Assembly: GCA_964569695.1 (NCBI GenBank)
Contig: CAZMUA010000005.1
Span: 18,904-82,903, forward strand
Direction of reading: 5' to 3'
Source of the DNA: an uncultured Woeseiaceae bacterium
GTDB taxonomy: Bacteria; Acidobacteriota; Vicinamibacteria; Vicinamibacterales; UBA823
DNA length: 64,000 nucleotides
Every line of letters begins with the position of its first letter. Positions within the stretch are counted from its first letter, which is position 1. The notes under the pieces are model-generated. The model made no database searches and was not told the origin of the DNA. It saw only the letters and a list, made by a program, of their open reading frames with translations. Positions 58,372-64,000 of the stretch are shown here, piece by piece. The position numbers were made by a program, and so were the translations under genes.

Positions 58372-59754
58372 GTGACCCTACCACAAGACGGCTTTTTAAC
58401 TCTCAAGCAGCTCACTGCGTTGGTGAAAAGTGACGAGATCGATACAGTTCTTGTTGGTTTTCCAGATCTGTACGGTCGGTTGATGGGGAAGCGGTTTGAT
58501 GCAACATTTTTCTTGGACACCGCTAAGGGCAAGGGCACGCACTGTTGTGATTATCTGCTGACTGTGGATATGGAGATGACTCCCATTGCTGGATATGATC
58601 TCGCGAACTGGGAGAGCGGGTACGGCGATTTTCACATGGTTCCTGATCTCTCGAGCTTACGGGTGGCGAGTTGGCTTGAAAAGACGGCGCTGGTGATTTG
58701 CGATCTTCATAATGAGGCAACCGCAGCACCGATTGATGAGTCACCGAGGGCTATCTTGAATAGGCAGGTGGCTGCTGCGTCGAAAGCGGGATTTGATGCC
58801 TTGGGGGCATCCGAACTTGAGTATTACATGTTTGAGGACAGTTATCGGGAGGCGCACACCCAGCACTATGACGGCCTACAACCAACTGGGTGGTACCTCG
58901 AAGATTACGACGCGTTGCAGGGCACCAGGGTCGAACGTTTTAATCAGCCAGCACGACGGCATCTTGCGAGGTCTGGGGTGCCGGTAGAGACTTCAAAGGG
59001 AGAGTGGGGTCTAGGGCAACATGAATTGAATATTCGTTACGCGAATGTGCTGGAGATGGCGGATCGCCACCTCATTTTCAAACAGTGTTTGAAAGAAATA
59101 GCTGATTCATTAGGTATGAGTGTCAGCTTTATGGCGAAGTACGACAAAGATCAGGCAGGATCGAGTTGTCACGTGCACTTGAGTTTGCGGGCAGATGGGC
59201 GAACAGCGTTCACTGGTGACCACACCCTTGGTCCAATTCGTTGCTCGAACATATTCAAGTGGTTTTTGGGTGGATGGATCGCTCATGTGCCGGACGTCAT
59301 GGTGTTTTACGCGCCAAACGTAAATTCCTATAGGCGTTATCAAGAGAAGTCGTGGGCTCCAACACGGTTGGCTTGGAGTCACGATAATCGGACTGCTGGT
59401 TTTCGAGTGGTCGGCAGTGGTGAGAGTTTACGAATCGAATGTCGGCTGCCAGGTGCTGATTGTAATCCCTACCTTGTCTTTGCCGGCGCCTTAGCGTCTG
59501 GGTTGGACGGTGTGGCAAATAAAATTGAACCGCCACCACATTTTTCTGGTGATTTGTATGCTGCGATTGAGCAACCCAATGTTCCTAACTCTCTTGAGGA
59601 GGCCACTAACCTTTTTGAGACAAGCCCTTTCGCACGTTCTGTGTTTGGAGACACAGTCGTTCAGCATTATGCTCATTTTTTTAAGACGGAAGCTTCATCC
59701 TACGATGTATCCGTTGGAAATTGGGAACGAAAGCGCTATTTCGAGCGCATCTAG
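58372..59754 (+). CDS. glutamine synthetase-family gamma-glutamyl-amine ligase (PuuA/GlnA-like)
   Basis: 460 aa with 'GASELEYYMF', 'KGEWGLGQHELN', 'GSSCHVHLSL', 'NSYRR' and 'DNRTAGFRV'. GTG start. Confidence 0.85.
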   Translation: MTLPQDGFLTLKQLTALVKSDEIDTVLVGFPDLYGRLMGKRFDATFFLDTAKGKGTHCCDYLLTVDMEMTPIAGYDLANWESGYGDFHMVPDLSSLRVASWLEKTALVICDLHNEATAAPIDESPRAILNRQVAAASKAGFDALGASELEYYMFEDSYREAHTQHYDGLQPTGWYLEDYDALQGTRVERFNQPARRHLARSGVPVETSKGEWGLGQHELNIRYANVLEMADRHLIFKQCLKEIADSLGMSVSFMAKYDKDQAGSSCHVHLSLRADGRTAFTGDHTLGPIRCSNIFKWFLGGWIAHVPDVMVFYAPNVNSYRRYQEKSWAPTRLAWSHDNRTAGFRVVGSGESLRIECRLPGADCNPYLVFAGALASGLDGVANKIEPPPHFSGDLYAAIEQPNVPNSLEEATNLFETSPFARSVFGDTVVQHYAHFFKTEASSYDVSVGNWERKRYFERI

Positions 59755-59763
59755 CCAGCGGTA

Positions 59764-60486
59764 ATGACACGTCCCACAATTGGCCTGTCTATGTATGGTA
59801 GAGATGACAGAGGGCACTTCTATTTACCCTCCGAGTATGTCGATGCGGTGCGCAGAGCCGGTGCCACCGCAGTTCTCTTACCACCTGGGGAGCAAGATCT
59901 TGATGCCTGGCTCGAACGTGTTGATGGTTTAATCTTTTGCGGTGGAGGTGATATCAATCATGGGGCTTACGGTGGACGACCTCACTCAAGCTTTTATATG
60001 GTTGACGCCGAGCGGGACAAAACAGAATTTGCGCTTGCGCATCGTGTGTTAGAGCGAAGTATTCCCACGTTAGCGATCTGTCGAGGTGTTCAGGTATTTA
60101 ACGTGGTGATGGGTGGCACGCTTCACGAACATCTGCCAGATGTTGTTGGAAACACGGTGGCCCATCGAGCACCGCCGAAGGAACCCACGCTACACACGGT
60201 CATTTTGAAAGCAGATTCCAAGGTCGCGAAAATTCTTGGAACGTGCGAATGCGATACGATGTCTTGGCATCATCAGGCAATAAATAAAGTTGCTTCGCCG
60301 TTAACGGTGGTGGGGCATGCACCTGACGGCACAATCGAGGCTGTGGAAAAGGATGACCATCCTTGGTTGGTGGCTGTGCAATGGCACCCAGAGTTGACGG
60401 CTGATGAAGATGCTAGGCAACAGCGGTTATTTGACTCGCTTGTAACCGTGGCGAGTGACATGTCCGTTGTCAATAAACGTTCTTAA
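59764..60486 (+). CDS. gamma-glutamyl-amide hydrolase, peptidase C26 / class I glutamine amidotransferase-like (PuuD-like)
   Basis: 240 aa with 'LIFCGGGDI', the nucleophile context 'LAICRGVQVFNV' and 'QWHPE'. Confidence 0.85.
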   Translation: MTRPTIGLSMYGRDDRGHFYLPSEYVDAVRRAGATAVLLPPGEQDLDAWLERVDGLIFCGGGDINHGAYGGRPHSSFYMVDAERDKTEFALAHRVLERSIPTLAICRGVQVFNVVMGGTLHEHLPDVVGNTVAHRAPPKEPTLHTVILKADSKVAKILGTCECDTMSWHHQAINKVASPLTVVGHAPDGTIEAVEKDDHPWLVAVQWHPELTADEDARQQRLFDSLVTVASDMSVVNKRS

Positions 60487-60526
60487 TGCATTTGTGGTTC
60501 TGTGTGACGTGTTCGAGGAAGAGTGA

Positions 60527-61300
60527 ATGAGACTTAACGACAAGGTAGCAGTGGTCACTGGTGGCGCCAGTGGAATTGGGCGAGCAACCACTCTTTTGTT
60601 TGCTGCGGAAGGAGCAAAAGTAGTCGTGGTTGACCTCAACGAGAAGGCTGGTCTAGAGACGGTCAGATTGACTGAGGAGAAGTATGGAGTTGCAACGTTT
60701 TGTCATGCTGATGTGTCTAGCGCATCAGGATGCGAATCGATGGTAAAAAATGCAGAGCAATCCTATGGACGGCTCGACGTGCTTTTTAACAATGCTGGCA
60801 TTATGCATAAAGACGATCATGATGCGATTCAAACAGACGAAGCTGTTTGGGACTTCACCATGAATGTGAATTTAAAGAGTGTATTCTTGGGATGCAAGTT
60901 TGGCATTCCCGCACTACGGCGATCTGGAGGCGGTTCTATTATTAATACCGCTTCTTTTGTCGCATTGATGGGCGCAGCAACGCCACAGTTGGCCTATACG
61001 GCTAGTAAGGGTGGAGTGCTTGCTCTTAGTCGAGAATTGGCTATCGTTCATGCCCGTGAGCATATACGGGTTAACGCCTTATGTCCTGGGCCATTGCGCA
61101 CCGAATTATTGATGAAAGCGCTTGATACAGAAGAAAAAAAACAACGCCGACTGGTCCATATTCCTATGGGCCGATTTGGGGAAGCTGACGAAATTGCGCA
61201 GGCGGTCCTCTATCTTGCATCGGATGAATCATCATTTGTGACCGGATCTAGTTTTGTGGTCGATGGCGGCATTACCAGTGCGTATGTAACACCCGAGTGA
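60527..61300 (+). CDS. short-chain dehydrogenase/reductase (classical SDR)
   Basis: 257 aa with 'VTGGASGIGRA', 'NNAG' and 'YTASKGG'. Confidence 0.88.
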   Translation: MRLNDKVAVVTGGASGIGRATTLLFAAEGAKVVVVDLNEKAGLETVRLTEEKYGVATFCHADVSSASGCESMVKNAEQSYGRLDVLFNNAGIMHKDDHDAIQTDEAVWDFTMNVNLKSVFLGCKFGIPALRRSGGGSIINTASFVALMGAATPQLAYTASKGGVLALSRELAIVHAREHIRVNALCPGPLRTELLMKALDTEEKKQRRLVHIPMGRFGEADEIAQAVLYLASDESSFVTGSSFVVDGGITSAYVTPE

Positions 61301-62682
61301 TGGGAATGCCGCTCGAGATCTTAAATCCCTACGACCAATCACTTGTCTGCCGCGTTCAAAATGACGACGGCGAGAGACTTGAGAAGAAGATTGCGGGTGC
61401 CCACGCAGCGTTCCAACATTGGCGCCAGGTGCCGATTGGTGAGCGAATTGTCCAAGTCCAAGCCGGACTTAAACGCTTTCAGCAAAACTCTGCAGTAATT
61501 GCTCGAGATGTAACACGACAAATGGGCAAGCCGATTGTGCAAGCTCAGCGTGAAGTTGACACGGCGGTTGAGCGTGCTGAACACATGATATCGATCGCTG
61601 AAGAGAGCCTCACGCCAGATATTTTGCCGGAGTTAGATGGCTTTGAACGCCGCATCGAACACGTTCCACATGGCGTGATTTTAAATGTTGCGGCTTGGAA
61701 TTACCCACTGCTTATTCCGATTAATGTAGTGGTTCCAGCTCTACTTGCAGGCAATACGGTGTTATTGAAACATTCAGCCAAAACGCCACTTTCAGGTCAA
61801 GCCTTTGCTGAAGCATTTGGAGACTTGGAAGTGGCAGGTCTCGTCACAAATCTTGTTTTGAGTCACGAAACAACAGCCGCTGTTATCTTAGATCCCCGTG
61901 TGGCTCATGTCTCATTCACTGGGTCCGTGACAGGAGGGTCCGCAGTCTATCAGCAGGCTGCAAAGCGGTTTATTGATGTAGGACTTGAGCTTGGAGGCAA
62001 GGACCCTGCCTACGTTGCCGAAGATGCCGACGTGAAGTTTGCTGTGGCTAATACTGTCGACGGTGCATGTTACAACGCTGGCCAATCCTGTTGCGCCGTA
62101 GAACGGGTATATGTCCATCGGAACCACCTTGATGAGTACCTTGACCGTGCCCAACAGGTCATTGAGGCGTATAGGACGGGTGACCCGTTAGATGAAGCCA
62201 CAACCTTGGGTCCCTTGGTGAACCGGATGGCTTTGGAAGAAGTTGAAAGGCAAGTGGGTGACGCAATTGACCGTGGCGCACGCCTGTTGACAGGAGGCCG
62301 TCGAGTGCCAGGACATCGTGGAAATGTGTTTCCAGGCACTCTCATCTCTAATGTGCCGAATGAAGCTTCAGTGATGCAAGACGAGAGTTTTGGACCGATT
62401 GTGCCGGTACGGGGAGTTGAGAATGACGAAGAAGCACTCCGATGTATGAGTGAGACTCGCTTTGGATTGACGGCTTCGGTTTGGACGACCGATCGCAATC
62501 GTGCTGAGCGATTCGCCAGGTTGCTAGATAGCGGTACTATTTTTCAGAACCGATGCGACTATTTGGATCCAGCGCTGGCTTGGACCGGATATGGGGATTC
62601 CGGAAAGGGATCAACGATGTCTCGGTACGGGTTCTATCAGCTTACTCGTCGTAAGAGTATTCACTTTAAAACTAAGACATAG
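61297..62682 (+). CDS. NAD(P)-dependent aldehyde dehydrogenase (non-acylating ALDH superfamily)
   Basis: 461 aa with 'FTGSVTGG', 'LELGGKDP', the catalytic 'GQSCCAVERV' and 'DESFGPIVPV'. Its start overlaps the SDR stop by 4 nt. Confidence 0.88.
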   Translation: MMGMPLEILNPYDQSLVCRVQNDDGERLEKKIAGAHAAFQHWRQVPIGERIVQVQAGLKRFQQNSAVIARDVTRQMGKPIVQAQREVDTAVERAEHMISIAEESLTPDILPELDGFERRIEHVPHGVILNVAAWNYPLLIPINVVVPALLAGNTVLLKHSAKTPLSGQAFAEAFGDLEVAGLVTNLVLSHETTAAVILDPRVAHVSFTGSVTGGSAVYQQAAKRFIDVGLELGGKDPAYVAEDADVKFAVANTVDGACYNAGQSCCAVERVYVHRNHLDEYLDRAQQVIEAYRTGDPLDEATTLGPLVNRMALEEVERQVGDAIDRGARLLTGGRRVPGHRGNVFPGTLISNVPNEASVMQDESFGPIVPVRGVENDEEALRCMSETRFGLTASVWTTDRNRAERFARLLDSGTIFQNRCDYLDPALAWTGYGDSGKGSTMSRYGFYQLTRRKSIHFKTKT

Positions 62683-62858
62683 AAATCTTTTTGTTTATTT
62701 TTAACGCACCTACGTGTCACAACTCGTTTTTCTCTTGGCGATCGCTTAAAATATTTTGTCGGTCGGGTTGAATTCCTTGAACCTCGCTGTGTGTTCGTAC
62801 GGAAGAAGGCTGGTAGACTTTTCGTCGCGGCCACATCCGGATTTGTGACCAATGAACC

Positions 62859-64000
62859 ATGACTAGTCTTACTCTTCTGGCCATCCGTGTGTCGCCTTCT
62901 ATGCTCGTCTTTTGGCTGCTTGGATTATTCGTCGTGCCGTCAGCGGCTGCGCACCAACAGGGTGATCTAAATACAAAGCGTTCCTTTCAAGCGTTACGAC
63001 TCGAACCACACGAAAATATAACAGTTGATGGAGTTTTGGCAGAAGCTGCGTGGGATCGCGCAGAATCAGCAGGCGAGTTCGTACAACAGGAACCCTCTGA
63101 AGGTGGCGCACCGACAGAACGAACCGATGTATTTGTGGTCTATAGCCAAGATTATCTTTATATCGGCGCCATGTTATACGACAGTGAACCAGAGGGTATT
63201 CTTGGTCATCAGAAACAACGAGACCGGGGTCTTGGTGGTGATGATCGTTTTATGTGGATGTTCGACACCTTTCTGGATGGTCGCACCGGCTATTTTTTTG
63301 AAACGAACCCGGCTGGATTATTGGGTGATGGATTAATGCGTGCAAACAGTGGAAGGAGAGGCTTATCGAAGGAATGGGACGGCATCTGGAATGTGAAAAC
63401 AATCCAAAGTGAGATGGGCTGGTCGGTTGAAATTGAGATTCCGTTTCGAACATTGAACTTCGATGAATCGCTCGACACTTGGGGTATTAATTTTCAGCGT
63501 ACCATTCGTCGGAAGCAAGAAGAACTGCTATGGTCTGGTCACCGTCGAAATCAAGGCCTGTTTCAAGCAGTTCACGGGGGCCTTCTTACCGGACTGTATG
63601 ATATTTCGCAGGGACTTGGTCTTGAGGTGAAGCCTTACGGCACCGCAGCTTGGCGCGATGTGAGCGGTAAAGCCACCACTCCATCTGATTTGGGATTCGA
63701 TCTGAATTACAATCTCACCCCTAGCCTAAAAGCAGCGATTAGCATTAATACTGACTTTGCTGAAACAGAAGTGGACCGCCGAAGAGTCAACCTAACGAGA
63801 TTTCCACTGTACTATCCAGAGCAACGAGATTTCTTTCTTGAAAACGCGAGTGTCTTTGATATTTCGTCGTCAAGTTTAGGGAGTTCCGTTTTCTTTAGTC
63901 GAAATATTGGTTTGGCTGGTGGAAAAGAAGTACCTATTGTATTCGGTAGTCGACTAACCGGACAGGCGGGCTCATACGACCTTGGATTTCTTCAGGTTAG
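62859..64000 (+). CDS. 5' part of a DUF5916 / carbohydrate-binding-family-9-like outer-membrane protein (3' end outside the window)
   Basis: Translated by hand; it is not in the ORF track because no stop is reached. It has the signal peptide 'MTSLTLLAIRVSPSMLVFWLLGLFVVPSAAA', then 'ITVDGVLAEAAWDRAESAGEFVQQEP', 'LYIGAMLYDSEP', 'GRTGYFFETNPAG', 'GWSVEIEIPFRTLNF' and 'NTDFAETEVDRRRVNLTRFPLYYPEQRDFFLE'. Confidence 0.75.
   Translation, partial: MTSLTLLAIRVSPSMLVFWLLGLFVVPSAAAHQQGDLNTKRSFQALRLEPHENITVDGVLAEAAWDRAESAGEFVQQEPSEGGAPTERTDVFVVYSQDYLYIGAMLYDSEPEGILGHQKQRDRGLGGDDRFMWMFDTFLDGRTGYFFETNPAGLLGDGLMRANSGRRGLSKEWDGIWNVKTIQSEMGWSVEIEIPFRTLNFDESLDTWGINFQRTIRRKQEELLWSGHRRNQGLFQAVHGGLLTGLYDISQGLGLEVKPYGTAAWRDVSGKATTPSDLGFDLNYNLTPSLKAAISINTDFAETEVDRRRVNLTRFPLYYPEQRDFFLENASVFDISSSSLGSSVFFSRNIGLAGGKEVPIVFGSRLTGQAGSYDLGFLQV

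Overview
This is a densely coding 64-kb chromosomal segment from a diderm-type heterotrophic bacterium whose lineage cannot be resolved from the sequence alone. I saw no rRNA, tRNA, CRISPR array, transposase or integrase. From 0 to 25 kb the genes are housekeeping: dapF, larC, a short metG followed by a separately encoded tRNA-binding domain, a TatD-family hydrolase, a polyprenyl synthase, ligA, RNase P RNA, a UDP-sugar epimerase, metF, gcvT-gcvH-gcvP (gcvP broken by a frameshift), nnr-tsaE, guaB, secA and an M23 peptidase. From 25 to 32 kb on the minus strand lie an SSS transporter, a serine hydrolase, a second SSS transporter, a lone BMC-H shell gene and a CoA-acylating aldehyde dehydrogenase with an unusual C-terminal tail. 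From 32 to 44 kb lie a lipoprotein PQQ dehydrogenase with an internal cytochrome c insert, a UbiD-family decarboxylase translationally coupled to a NitT/TauT-type ABC binding protein, the ABC permease and ATPase, two sulfatases and a Tat-exported PhoD-like phosphatase. From 44 to 50.5 kb lies an aspartate-family operon (hom-thrC-X-lysC-asd). It is preceded by a Thr/Ile-rich leader peptide with a terminator/antiterminator that the ORF track misses, and it carries an uncharacterised LOR/SDH-like gene (X) where homoserine kinase would be expected. From 50.5 to 62.7 kb lies a catabolic island: a DMT transporter, an AgaS-like SIS enzyme, two PfkB kinases, a Tat-exported Ntn asparaginase, a Gfo/Idh/MocA oxidoreductase, a Tat-signal PLP aminotransferase, and a gamma-glutamylation module (GS-like ligase, C26 hydrolase, SDR, ALDH). 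The window ends in a partial DUF5916-like gene. The best candidates for new biology are the attenuator-controlled thr operon with gene X and the minimal BMC-H/AldDH pair. All family assignments come from motif recognition by eye and need HMM or BLAST confirmation.
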